Of a stretch of 64,000 nucleotides of DNA, positions 50,978-64,000 are shown in pieces (the stretch's first letter is position 1; each line of letters starts with the position of its first letter). Below the pieces are notes generated by a model. That model was not told the origin of the DNA, ran no database searches, and saw only the letters and a program-made list of their open reading frames with translations. The DNA comes from Octopus vulgaris (Eukaryota), in the NCBI GenBank assembly GCA_951406725.2, contig OX597816.1:14818001-14882000 (forward strand), read 5' to 3'. The position numbers and the translations under genes are program-made.

Positions 50978-51385
50978 CTTATTTCTTTACTGCCCACAAG
51001 GGGCTAAATGACAAACAAGGACAGACAAAGGGATTAAGCCGATTACATCTACCCCAGTGCGTAACTGGTACTTAATTTATCGACCACGAAAGGATGAAAG
51101 GCAAAGTCAACCTCCGCGGAATTTGAACTCAGAACATAGCGGCAGACGAACTACCTTTTTCTTTATTACCCACAAGGGGCTAAACACAGAGGACAAACAA
51201 GGACAGACAAATGGATTAAGTCGATTATATCGACCCCAGTGCATAACTGGTACTTATTTAATCAACTCCGAAAGGATGAAAGGCAAAGTCGACCTCGGCG
51301 GAATTTGAACTCAGAATGTAACGGCAGACGAAATACGGCTACGCATTTCGCCCTGCGTGCTAACGTTTCTGCCAGCTCACCGCCT
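50978..51385 (-). mobile_element. SINE family B dimer nested in an older B copy
   Basis: Older B pieces lie at 50800-50977 and 51388-51452. Confidence 0.8.
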
Positions 51386-51594
51386 TTTGGTAGACAAAAT
51401 ACCGCTAAGCAATTCACCTGGCATACTAACAATTTTGGCAGCTCGTTACCTTAACAATAACCAAGATAAAGTTGGTTGGTTCGTTGACCTCTCCAGGCAT
51501 GCTTTATATCATAGAGAGAGAAGATGAGAGAAAGAGTAAAAGAGATATACTCAGAGTTAATATTTAGGTGCAAGTGTGGCTATGTGGTAAGAAG

Positions 51595-53208
51595 AAGGGG
51601 TTGTAAAAATTTAATTACAAAAACATTGGTCCAATTAATTGATTGGAGTCATACTGCCAATTAAATAATTGATTGCTATCATATCAATTAATTGCAGGTA
51701 ATTGTAACATTGTCAGCATTGTAAGTTTTTCAAATGACTCATACTTCATTCAGTTGGCAAATACAGTGTTCTATTGTTTGAGGTATTGTGTTGATGCTTT
51801 GTTCTGACTACTGAGAATGATCCCTACATACTGTCATGTTTAGGGATTGACTATTGTGTATGTTGTCAAATATCCACTGTCAAGTGATTTTTGGTTTTGA
51901 CTGCCAAGAATGATTCACACATTCTGTCTTCAAGTCATTAAATTGTAACTTTGTCTGCAACCTGGTTGTATCTTAAATTCCACTCCAATATATTAACTGA
52001 ATTAGACTTTCAGCAGTGGATTGGCGAAATATCTTCTATTTTAAGATGTGGCGAAATATCTGTTATTTTAAACTAACCCATGCCATGTGAAAACGAGCAA
52101 ATCGTCAGAAAATATTTTGACCAAATAGACAGTGAGCATGTATGGAAATGCAAGTGTGGGAAAAAGTTGAAAAGTTAACCCAGAAAAAAAGGAACTGGAT
52201 GGACAAATCTTATGAATTAAATAAAAAAACCCAGCATCCAGAATATTCTACTACACATGCAACTTGACAACCACCTTTAACAAGTTTCCTTTTACCAAGA
52301 AGTAGTTTGATTAGTTGCTTGGCCTTAAATGAACAGAAATAGATTTGGGAGATACTCGAATTCTTTTTGACAAAATTCTCGCACTGTATCCTTACAAGGA
52401 GTTTGAAAAATATTTCCATCACATTGGCAACCATTGTGCACAGCCCAAATTTTGAAAGTGGAGTTGTGAAAATTTTACAACATGCAGAGCTAACTGCAGA
52501 TGAAGTGGCTGCTCTCTACATCAGCTAAAAGTAGTGACAGACACGTCACAACAGTCTGATTTACCTGTAGAAGATGATGATTTTGCTTCAATTTGTTTGA
52601 AAAAACACAAAAAAAAAAAAAAAAGATAATATCTGAACTGTAGATCTTTGTTACCAACATCCAACATCTTGGAACATTTCTTCAGCTCAGCAGGTAACAC
52701 TTTTAATGATTTGTGGTAATACATAACACCAACGAATTTAGAAAAGCAATTATTTCTAAAAGTCAATCGCACTTTCTGTGATAAAGACCTAGTTTCAGAA
52801 ATCTGCAGTAGTTCATGACTTTATGCTATGTTGGAACATATTTTTATTGTGCTACTCATTTGAGAAACTCTTTCAATTAAAGACTTTCAATCTATTTATT
52901 TTTCAATTTCTGTACAATGTAGAATATACGTGATGTCTGTTCCCTATTCTAAATAAATAAAATTGAACTTTGAACGTTTTCTAATAGCAAAGATTTTTGA
53001 AACTATAAAACATGCTTTTTATTTTCCTATCATTTTGATTCCAATCTAAATCGAAGCTAACACTCCAAAATATATGGTGTTTTTACATTTAGCAAAATGA
53101 TTGATAATTAATTGCAATAATTGATTGGCCTGTATCCCAATAAAAATTAATTGATTGCTAGGAAAATAATCGATTGGAAAGGTTCCAATCAATTATTTAC
53201 AACCCCTG
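51595..53208 (+). mobile_element. hAT DNA transposon, internally deleted, inserted in a SINE A head
   Basis: TIRs (c)aggggttgtaaa / tttacaacccctg; 8-bp TSD gtaagaag/gtaagaaa. Remnant transposase reads IVHSPNFESGVVKIL..LLPTSNILEHFFSSAG..PTNLEKQLFLKVNR (hAT dimerization domain). Confidence 0.9.
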
Positions 53209-53367
53209 GTAAGAAACTTGCTTCCCAACCACATGGTTCTTGGTTCAGTCCCACTGCATGGCACCTTGGGCAAGTGTCTTCTACTATAGCCTTGGGCAGA
53301 CCAAAGCCTTGTGAGCAGATTTGGTAGACGGAAACTGAAAGAAGCTCATTGTATGTATGTATGTATG

Positions 53368-53410
<43 letters not shown>

Positions 53411-53640
53411 CACACACACATATGTTTGTATGTCTGTATTTGCCCCCCCCCCCAACAACATCGCTTGACAACCGCTGTTGATGTGTTTACGTCCCCATAA
53501 CTTAGCAGTTCAGCAAAAGAAAAATAATAGAATAAATACTAGGCTTACAAAGAATAAGTCCTGGGGCCAATTTGCTCGACTAAAGGCAGTGCTCCAGCAT
53601 GGCCGCAGACAAATGACTGAAATAAGTATAAGAATATAAG
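53209..53640 (+). mobile_element. SINE family A (first part at 51566-51594)
   Basis: Continues the head interrupted by the hAT element. Confidence 0.88.
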
Positions 53641-53996
53641 TATGCAAATCAGTAATTTTTGTAAATTCATTTGAAGGTAATGGTATTCATTTCATCATTT
53701 TGAATACACACCGAGAAATTTGAGGCATGCATGCGTGTGTCTGTGTGTGTTTGCCCATGTCTTGACATCACATGATGGTTGTTAATAAGCATCACCATCA
53801 CACAAGCAGAGTGTTCCTTTCCAGTCCTCTCTAAAAACTATGACTGACCATGGAGAAATATATTGCTCAAAAACAACTGAGAGCTGGCAACAAGAAATGC
53901 AGCTAACCGTAGAAAATCTGTCTCAATAAAATCCATTTGACCCATGGAAAAGTGGACATTAAAATGATGATGATGATTAATCATTTTACTGCAAGA

Positions 53997-54542
53997 TCAA
54001 ATTCGATGACTGGTATCTGTGCAAGTGGAGCGCTAAGAGTACCATCTGAGTGTGATCGTTGCCAGAGCGGCTAAGTGGCTTCCATGCCGGTTGCACATAA
54101 AAGGCACCATTTGAGTGTGATCGTTACCAGCATTGCCTTACTGGCACTTGTGCCCGTGCTAGTAGGGTGCCAAGAGCACCATCCAAGCATGATCGTTGCC
54201 AGAGCAGCCAACGAGCTTCTGTGCCGGTAGCACGTAAAAGGTACCATTTTAGCGTGATCATTACCAGCGTCAACTTACTAGCTCCTGTGCCAGTGGTATG
54301 TGTAAAAAGATTCGAGCAAGGTCGTTGCCAGGACTGCCTGACAGGCCTCCATACCAGTGGCACGTAAAAGCACCCACTACACTCTCGGAGTGGTTGGCAT
54401 TAAGAAGGGCATCCAGCTGTAGAAACTCTGCCAGATCAAGATTGGAGCCTGGTGCAGCCATCTGGTTTGCCAGCCCTTAGTCAAATCGTCCAACCCATGC
54501 TAGCATGGAAAGCGGACGTTAAACGATGATGATGATGATGAT
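53997..54542 (+). mobile_element. RTE-derived 3' tail element (family R)
   Basis: Begins at the same sequence as the copy at 2930 (aaattcgatgactgg) but has additional internal modules. Confidence 0.85.
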
Positions 54543-54852
54543 ATGACGTAAACTTAAGATAGGTTTCAGTCAGTTCTGGCCTATGACACATCTAATTCAA
54601 TTACATCAATCATTTGAAACTAAGCAAGATATTAAATTATTTCAAATACAGTAAAGTCAAATATTTACTGTAGTTGGATGAAATCATTAAAGACTACATT
54701 GACCAAGTCGTTTACTTTGCTGTCAGAAAAAGAATCTATTTAATTACTGTCGCAGCATTGCTCTAAAAAAAAAAGCGTAATTTCAACTACGAATATATTA
54801 AAGTAAAATAGCAATGAACTAACAAGTCATAGTAAAATGTAGTTAATTATAT

Positions 54853-55268
54853 ATTTCTTTACTACCCACAAGGGGCTAAACACAGAGAGGACAAGCAAGG
54901 ACAGACAAATGTATTAAGCCAATTACATCAACCCCAGTACGAAACTGGTACTTTATTTATCGACCCGGAAAGGATGAAAGGCAAAGTCGACGTTGGCAGA
55001 ATTTGAACTCAGAACATAACAGCAGACAAAATACCTATTTCTTTACTACCCACAAGGAGCTAAACACAGAGAGGACAAACAAGGACAGACAAACGGATTA
55101 AGCCAATTACATCGACACCAGTGTGTATCTGGTACTTAATTTATCGACCCCGAAAGGATGAAAGGCAAAGTCAACCTCGGCGAAATTTGAACTCAGAACA
55201 TAACGTCAGACGAAATACAGCTATGCATTTCGCCCGGCGTGCTAAAGTTTCAGCCAGCACGCCGCCTT
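54853..55268 (-). mobile_element. SINE family B, dimeric
   Basis: Two tandem units and a single head. Confidence 0.85.
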
Positions 55269-56089
55269 TAGTAGTTAATTATATTCAAATAAAATCTCAG
55301 CAACAATGCTGAGCTTATTCTGCAAATGATACTTAGCTGGTCATTTGTAATGGTTTTGCATAAGTTGGATTTATTCATCTCATTTGAAATAAAATAAATA
55401 TTGTATTTTTTGAATAAGTTAGACCCAGACATCATAATCCTAATTTAAAATCCGTCTTCCAAGCTGGCATGGGCTGGACAGTGTGAGAGGATCTGATGAG
55501 CCATTGGACTGTGTAGAGCTCCATGCTTTGGCATGGTTTCTACAGATGGATGCCCTTCCTAATACCAACCTATTTATAGAGTGTACAGGGAGCTTTTTAC
55601 ATGACACCAGGGCTAATGAGATCACCATGTAACTCCCAAGACAGCTTAAATAAAAAAAGAAAAAGAATAACTGTATAAGCCAGGTAGAGGTGCAATGGTC
55701 CAGTGGTTAGGGCAGCAGACTTGCGGTCGGAGGATCGTGGTTTCGATTCCCAGACTAGGCGTTATGTTTGTTTATTGAGCGAAAACACCTAAAAGCTCCA
55801 CGAGGCTCCTGTTGTACTCTTTCGCCACAACCTTCTCTCACTCTCTCTTCCTGTTTCTTGAGTAACGCTGCAATGGACTGGTGTCCTGTCCAGCTGGGGG
55901 GAACACATACACCACAGAAACCGGGAAACCGGGCCCATGAGCCTGGCTAGACTTGAAAAGGGCGAAGAGAGAAAGTATAAGCCAGACCTAACAAAAACTG
56001 AACCTAACCAGCTTGTAGAGAAAAGAATATTTCATTTTAAAGTATGAGCTGGACCAAGGCAGCTTATACGAAAGAGACCATAATAATTC

Positions 56090-56517
56090 GCGCAGGTGGT
56101 TGTGTGGTAAGTAGCTTGTTAACCAACCACATGGTTCCGGGTTCAGTCCCACTGCATGGCATCTTGGGCAAGTGCCTTCTGCTATAGCCCCGGGCCGACC
56201 AATGCCTTGTGAGTGGATTTGGAAGAATGGAAACTGAAAGAAGCCTGCCATATATATGTATATATATATATATATATATGTATCTGTGTGTGTGTTTGTG
56301 TGTCTGTGTTTGTCCCCCTAGCATTGCTTGACAACCGATGCTGGTGTGTTTACGTCCCCGTAACTTTGCGGTTCGGCAAAAAGAGACCGATAGAATAAGT
56401 ACTGGGCTTACAAAAGAATAAGTCCCGGGGTCGAGTTGCTCAATTAAAGGCGGTGCTGAAAGCATGGCCGCAGTCAAATGACTGAAACAAGTAAAAGAGT
56501 AAAAGAGAAAGAGTAAA
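56090..56517 (+). mobile_element. SINE family A, full length
   Basis: Matches 38941-39348. Confidence 0.9.
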
Positions 56518-56825
56518 GAGTGGTTCTCAACCATTTTTTTATCTATGGACCCCTTTGAATACTATTTTATTCTGGTGGGTCCCCATAGCCATTCAATGTT
56601 TAAAAACTAGTTTTATAGAAACTTCTTTCAAAATTCCTATTTTGTTTTTTCACACATTAACTTGTATAGGTTGAACTATGTAAAAGGTTAGAGAAAGAAA
56701 TCTAGTTGTTTCTTGCAATAAATACATCCAAAGTAACCTTAAAATACTACTGCGAACCCCCAACTTACTATTTTGCTTATGTGAGACCCCAAAAGTTGTA
56801 CATGGATCCTAGTTGAGAACCACTG
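56518..56825. mobile_element. hAT (Charlie-like) MITE
   Basis: (c)agtggttctcaacc ... agttgagaaccactg TIRs. Confidence 0.75.
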
Positions 56826-56849
56826 TTTTGTAGTGTCTACAAAAGACAA

Positions 56850-57494
56850 TATAACATTTCATTCCCAGCTGTGATTGAAAAGACCTGACAAGTAAAGTGA
56901 GATCACAACTGTAACCTATACCGGTGTCGTATAAACAGCCCATTTAAAAGTACACTTGAATCATCGAGCGATGCGCTGCGCCTCAGAAGACCAACTGTGT
57001 CATGTAAAATCAATTAAAAAAAATTAATAAATAAAAATAAAACTAAAAACAAGATCGAAATAAAAAAAATGGAAATTGTAGTTGAGTCTAATGCCAGTAC
57101 CACCTGACTGGCACCCATGCTGGTGGCACGGAATAAGCACCATTCAAGTGCCAGCGTTGCCTGACTGACTCCACATGCGGGTGGCATGTAAAACACACCA
57201 TCTGAATTTGGTCAATGCCAGCACCCTGGCCCCCAACTGGATCTTGTGCCGGTAGCACATAAAAAGTACCATCTGAACAAGGCCGATGCCAGTGCCGCCT
57301 GACTGGCTCCTGTGCCAGTGACACATAAAAAGCACCCACTACACTCTTGGAGTGGTTGGCATAAGGAAAGGCATCCAGCTGTAGAAACCTTGCCAGATCA
57401 GATTGGAGCCTGGTGCAGCCTGCTAGCTTGCCAGTCCCCAGTCAAATGGCCCAACCAATGCCAGCATGGAAAATAGACATTAAACGATGATGAT
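56850..57494 (+). mobile_element. RTE 3' UTR/tail (family R), long copy
   Basis: Modules plus conserved tail and (GAT)n. Confidence 0.8.
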
Positions 57495-58184
57495 CTGAAA
57501 ATAAAATACATATAACATTAAAATATCTAAAACAGAATTTTAATGTATTTCTGATTCTAATATTATTCATTTATATATTTCCTGTGGTGAGAAGAAAGGC
57601 ACTCAGCCATAAAAAAAGGAATTGATCCAACATATTCTCATCTGACCCATGCAAGCATGGAAAATTAGATGTAAAAAGGATGACGACAATGATGATGTGT
57701 ATCTTATTATAATAATTACTTTTCTCAATCTAAGCCAAATATCCTGATTAGTTTGTTCTTTAAATAAATCTACCAGAAATATAATTATGAATTGGCTAAA
57801 ATTCAAAACAGACATTTTAACATTTGGGTTGCCTAAAACAAACAGAATTTATCAACAAATATATGAAACTTAAATCAAATTTAATAGTAAAAATATTTGT
57901 TAAAACGAGTGAAGTTTACATATCATCATCATCATCATTTAACGTTCGTTTTCCTTGCTGGCATGGGAAAGACAGTTTGGCAGGAATTGGTAAACTGGAG
58001 AATTGCACCAAGCTCCAGTTTCTGCTTTCACATGGTTTCTACAGCTGGATGACCTTCCTAATACCAATCACTTAACAGAGTGTACTAGGTGCTTTTTGGT
58101 GGCACCAGCACCAGCAGGGTTGCCAAGTAATTTGCAAGACCATAGAGGAGATATTTGATAGTTCAGTTAGTAGAGCAAATGACT

Positions 58185-58403
58185 GTACTCTCTCTTTACT
58201 CTTTTACTCGTTTCAGTCATTTGACTGTGGTCATGCTGGAGCACTGCCTTTAGTCGAGCAAATCGACCCCAGGACTAACTCTTTGTAAGCCTAGTACTTA
58301 TTCTATCGGTCTCTTTTGCTGAACCGCTAAGTTACAGGGACACAAACACACCACCATCGGTTGTCAAGCAATGACAACCAATGTTGGTGGGGGGGACAAA
58401 CAT

Positions 58404-58437
<34 letters not shown>

Positions 58438-58617
58438 GACAGGCTTCTTTCAGTTGCCGTCTACAAAATCCACTCTCAAGGCTTTGATCAGCCCAAGGCT
58501 TTGATCAGCCCAAGGCTATAGTAGAAGACACTTGCCCAGGGTGCCACACAGTGGGAATGAACCCGGAACCATGTGGTTGGTAAGCAAGCTACTTACCACA
58601 CAGCCACTTCTGCACCT
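58185..58617 (-). mobile_element. SINE family A, full length
   Basis: Reverse complement of the family; small internal duplication of caaggctttgatcagcc. Confidence 0.88.
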
Positions 58618-59025
58618 TTGTAGCGTAAATTTTACACAAATGCACAAATATTTTATAACAGGCATTGCAGAGTATAACATTATTGTCTATAATAACAATA
58701 CTATCCATAGGCATTACTGTGAGATGAAGAAGTTCACCTCTCAACCAAGAAGCCTCAGGCAGCCCCACTGCATGGGCAAGTGTCTTTTACTATAGACCCA
58801 GCTAATCAAAGTCATGTGAGTGAATTTGGTAATAGGAAACTAAAAGAAGCCTATCGGGCGCAAGAGTGGCTGTGTGGTAAGTAGTTTGCTTAAAACCACA
58901 TGGTTCCGGGTTAAGTCCCACTGTGTGGCACCTTAGGCAAGTGTCTTCTACTATAGCCTAGGGCCGACCAAAGCCTTGTGAGTGGATTTGGTAGATGGAA
59001 ACTGAAAGAAGCCTGTCGTATATAT

Positions 59026-59066
<41 letters not shown>

Positions 59067-59069
<3 letters not shown>

Positions 59070-59350
59070 TCATCATCATCATCATCATTTAACGTCTGTT
59101 CTCCATGCTAGCATGGGTTGGACGGTTTGACCGGGGATCTGGGAAGCCAGAAGGCTGCACCAGGCTCCAGTCTTATCTGGCAATGTTTCTACAGCTGGAT
59201 GCCCTTCCTAACGCCAACCAGTCCATGAGTGTAGTGGGTGCTTTTTACGTGCCACCTGCACAGGTGCCAGGCGAGGCTGGCAACGGCCACGGTCGGATTG
59301 GTGTATTTTATGTGCCACCGGCACGGAAGCCAGTCGAGGCGGCACTGGCA
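59067..59350 (-). mobile_element. RTE-derived 3' tail element (family R) inserted in the microsatellite of a SINE A (head 58856-59040)
   Basis: Matches the other family R copies. Confidence 0.85.
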
Positions 59351-61124
59351 TATATATATAGCAAATAAGAAAACGGAGGAGAATAATAGGTGGTTCATCA
59401 ACTTTTAGACATTAAATTATGTTAACTTATTTATTTATTAAACTGATAATTACAATAACATACATACATATAACATAATATTCTTTAGATATAAGATATA
59501 AAATATAGTAATATATAAGGATACCAGAGTGTATGTTTGTGTGTCTATGTTTGTCCCCCCAAACATCGCTTGACAACTGATGATGGTATGTTTACTTGAT
59601 GATGATGATGAGGGGTGGGGGATGTCGCAAAGCTTGAAGTAAGTGTCTGATTAATCAAACAAGTTCTGATTAATGATAAAAGTATTTGTTTTGACTACAA
59701 TTTATGCTGTTAATGTCATAAAATGCCATCTTGTACCAGAAAAATATTGGTTCTTTGTTCCCAATAAAATGGAAATAAAAACAAAAACGTTTGAAGTGGA
59801 AATATCAATTTTCCTCTTAATAGAAAAGTAGCTAGACTTAAATATTTGGATATGTAATTAGAGAATAACGAACAAAGTATAATTCTTGAGTGAATTTGAT
59901 ATAATTATAAAACGATGACTTTGTAAAATAATTCTGATAAAGAAATGGATTTTCTAAAAATGAAACAACTCAACATCATCACCATCGTTTAACACCCACT
60001 TTTCTATGGTTGTATGGATCAGATGGGATTCCCTCTAAGGCAGATTTTCTGTGGTGGAATGCCCTGCCTCCCACCAGCCCACACCTGGTTACAGTGTACC
60101 AGACATGCATACATATATATGTATACACACACATATATATCAAATACAAAATAGGGCAAGAACGCAAATCATCCAGACAACTAGGTGATACAAAAAGGGA
60201 CAACAAAACATCCATATAGACAATACAAAAAAACAAGGACAGGTCATTCAAAGCCTTTTATCTTTGGTCAAGTACAGGATCATCCTCGCAATTTCAGTTG
60301 ATTAATCTTGAGATTACTCCAATCTGGCCAGCCCCAAGGAAAAACTAAGCTTAGAGCATTAGATTCCTTGGAAGAAAGCATCAAATGTATACAAAAACAA
60401 GGACGGAAAAACAGACGATGTTACATAAACATAAATACAAAATACAATGAAAAAATAATAATAATAACAACGACAGGACATAACAACAGGTGTCTTTCGA
60501 CTGGGGATGAATTGAATTCAGCTGGCGTGTGTGGAAATGAAGCCTTACGGCAGAGATACATGGCTTTCATAAACACGGGAAGATTTTGTCTGCCCTTGTT
60601 TGTCCTCTCAGTAATTTAGTCGCTTGTGGGTAGTAAAGAAATAGGTATTTCGTCTGCCGTTACGTTCTGAGTTCAAATTCTGCCATGGTCAACTTTGCCT
60701 TTCATCCTTTCGGGATCCATAAATTAAGTACCAGTTATGCACTGGAGTCAATGTAATCAACTTAATCCCTTTGTCTGTCCTTGTTTGTCCCCTCTATGTT
60801 TAGCCCCTTGTGGGTAATAAAGAAATAAGAAACTGAAAGAAGGCTTTGAGTATGTTGTGTGTGTGTGTATTTATCCCCCACCACTACTTGACAACCAGTG
60901 TCGGTATGTTTATGTCTCGGTAATTTAAAGGTTCAGCAAAGAGACTGACAGAACAAGAACCAGGATTTTTTTTTTAAAAAAGCCCTGGGGTTGAATTGTT
61001 CAACTAAAACCCTTCGAGGCAGTGCCCAGCATGGCCAGTAAAATGATTGAAACAAGATAAAAGAACAGTATTTGGCTTTCAGAGTTGTAAAAAAAAAGAT
61101 TTTTATCCCAAAGAAATTTGGGAC

Positions 61125-61294
61125 AGGCGTAGATGTGACTGTGTGGTAAGTAGCTTGCTTACAAGCCACATAGTTCCGGGTTCAGTCCCACAGCGTGGCA
61201 TCTTAGGCAAGTGTCTTCTACTATAGCCTCGGGCTGACCAAAGCCTTGTGAGTGGATTTTGTAGACAGAAACTCAAAGAAGCCCGTAGTATATA

Positions 61295-61339
<45 letters not shown>

Positions 61340-61572
61340 GTATGTGTGTGTGTGTATGTTTTTGTGTCTGTGTTTGTCCCCCCAACATTGCTTGACAACC
61401 GATGCTGGTGTTTACATCCCCATAACTTAGCGGTTCGGCAAAAGAGACCAATAGAACAAGTACTAGGCTTACAAGGAATAAGTCCTGGGATTGATTTGCT
61501 AGACTAAATGCGGTACTCCAGCATGGCCACAGTCAAATGACTGAAACAAGTAAAGGAGTAAAGAGCAAGAGT
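61125..61572 (+). mobile_element. SINE family A, full length
   Basis: Matches 38941-39348. Confidence 0.9.
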
Positions 61573-63441
61573 ATAGGGAAAAGAGAAACACATTTTGAAG
61601 AAAAGAAGCACAATCAGAAGATCTCTAACGTTCAAAGTAGAGAAATCCAAAGACATTTTTGAAGAAGGAAAAGAAGTAAAAAAAAAAAAACAAAGTTGGA
61701 AGGATGGTACATGAGAAGTTTGTTTTGAAAAAGATAAAATAATAAATAAAACAACATAGCAAAAATAAATATGATTTATTTATTTTGAAGAATTTACTTA
61801 TTCATTTCCGTAAATTCAGAAAAGCCGAGTTAGCTTTTCACTTTACCCCCATTATTGCTTGTCTCCATTCTAATTATGTTGCTTTCATCCACTTTTGCCA
61901 ATATTTCCAGGAGAGCTCATTAAAAGAAAGTCTGGTTAATGATATGACATGCCAACATTTCTCAAAGAAAATGCAATTATAATTCTATAACTCCACAGTT
62001 AATCTCTGCTAATAATGGTGATTGATGAAAAAGTAGGTAAGACTCTGCAGATATTTTTGTCTTCCTCTTTGTTATTTCATTTTTTTTTTTTGCAGCTGAG
62101 AGGCAGAGTTCATTAATACAGCCTCATATTAACGAATACTTTCATCAGAGCAGACTATTCTTTCACATATATTGTTCTTCTACAATTTAATTTGCTCCAT
62201 ATTATAAATCACTGCAATCGCAACATTTTTCTTTTTTTTTTTTTTATACTTCTCTATATTCTTATTTTTTTTATTATTCCAATGGCATTCTTCCATCACT
62301 AATCAAATCCATTTTTATAAATTTGTTGCTTAATCTACAACATATTAAAACTATTCCTTTTTGAGACGTGTCCGCATGTAATGCTACTGATGCATAAAGA
62401 AATGTAAGTCAAGTACATTGACATACATTTCTCTGAAACAGATATCCAATAATACACAAAAGATATTTCATTCACACCATGGAGCCATGTCTAATTGTTT
62501 ACAAGATATCACATGCATAACTGTGTGGCTGAGAAGCTTGCTTTCCAACCATATCGTTTCGAGTTCAATCTCACTGCATGCCACTTAGGGAAAAACCTTC
62601 TACTATAGCTCCTGTGGCTTAGTGGTTAGTAGGACTCATGATCATAAGGCTGTGGTTTCAATTCTTGGACCAGGTGACGTGTTGTGTTCTTGAGCAAAAT
62701 ACTTCATTTCACGTTGCTCCGGTCCACTCGGCTGATGAAAATAAATAACCCTGTGAGGGACCAGTGACCCATCTGGGTGGGGAATTTATATGGCATGGGA
62801 ACCAGCCCATATGATTCACCATGAATCAAGAAGGTAACCCTTACCTTTCTTTACTATAACTCCAGGCTAACCAAAGTCTTTCAAGTGGGGTTGGTAGATG
62901 GAAACTGGAAGAAGCTTGCCATGTGTTGTATGTATGTGTATATATATATACAGATAAAGGATGAAATATAATTAATTTAATAAAATCAACAAATTTCACC
63001 AAGTAGTATTTCGGTATAGAAAAGGACCATATTCGGTAAAAGTTTATATAATTATAACTTGTTGCAATGACCCTCTTTGTTATAATTATATATATATATT
63101 TGTTTGTTTGTCATTTGACTGTGGCCATGCTGGAGCACTGCCTTTAGTTGAGCAAATCAACCCCAGAACTTATTCTCTGTAAACCTGGTACTTATTCTAC
63201 GTAAAAGTGAAAAATATATCTGGCTCTGAGGAAAATATTACCTTGCTTGGAAACAGGTGAGGGTGGGTGACAGGATGAGCAACCAGCTATAGAAAATCTA
63301 CCTAAATAAATTCCGTGTAACCCATGCAGGTAAGGAAAAGTGGACATTAAATGATGATCTGGAAGATGCTGATGATATGGATATGTATGTGTGTGTGTGT
63401 GTGTGTGCTTTGTTTTGACATCCTGTGATGGTTGTAGATGA

Positions 63442-64000
63442 GAAATACCTATTTCTTACTACCCACAAGGGGCTAAACACAGAGAGGACAAACAAGGACA
63501 GACAAACGGATTAAGTCGATTACATCGACCCCAGTGCGTAACTGGTACTTAATTTATCGACCCTGAAAGGATGAAAGGCAAAGTCAACCTCGGCGGAATT
63601 TGAACTCAGAAAGTAGCGGCAGACGAAATACCTATTTCTTTACTACCCATAAGGGGCTAAACACAGAGAGGACAAACAAGGACAGACAAACAGATTAAGT
63701 CGACTACATCGACCCCAGTGCGTAACTGGTACTTAATTTATCGACCCCGAAAGTATGAAAGGCAAAGTCAACCTCGGCAGAATTTGAACTCAGAACGTAG
63801 CAGCAGACGAAATACCTATTTCTTTACTATCCACAAGGGGCTAAACACAGAGGGGACAAACAAGGACAGACAAACGGATTAAGTCGAATACATCGACCCC
63901 CAGTGCGTAACTGGTACTTAATTTATCAACCTTGAAAGTATGAAAGGCAAAGTTGACCTTGGCGGAATTTGAACTCAGAACGTAGCAGCAGATGAAATAC
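63442..64000 (-). repeat. Tandem array of three or more ~184-bp SINE B body units, running off the window end
   Basis: Unit starts gaaatacc at 63442, 63625, 63809 and 63994. Confidence 0.92.

Noticed and set aside
60120-60582. Probable additional interspersed repeat
   Set aside because: Single occurrence in the window with no termini, TSD or coding motif I could verify.
63008-63036. Fifth hammerhead-like motif (minus strand CCGAATA-T-GGT..ACC-GAAAT)
   Set aside because: Two core mismatches, a 3-bp helix II and no clear helix I make it too weak to call.

Overview
This is AT-rich, repeat-saturated eukaryotic DNA, most likely intronic or intergenic sequence from an octopus. That assignment is an inference from the SINE families, the dense (TA)/(CA)/(GAT) microsatellites and TTAGGG repeats. 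No complete gene is present, and nearly all ORFs in the track are microsatellite or SINE artefacts. The window holds three or more tRNA-derived SINE families, dozens of RTE LINE 3' tails ending in (GAT)n, and decayed coding fragments of RTE, R4/Dong, CR1/L2-like and Penelope-like (RT plus GIY-YIG) retroelements. DNA elements include a hAT transposon, a Tc1/mariner fragment, piggyBac-type and hAT MITEs, three non-autonomous Helitrons and a foldback element carrying telomeric repeats. One good and one weaker minus-strand exon candidate suggest a large host gene. The most interesting signal is a set of short elements from unrelated families that share a minimal type I hammerhead-ribozyme architecture with covarying stems. 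One of them is a tRNA-headed element with an inverted-repeat structure and target-site duplication, i.e. a possible Penelope-dependent SINE. Coordinates were read by eye and many boundaries are approximate (about 10-20 bp).
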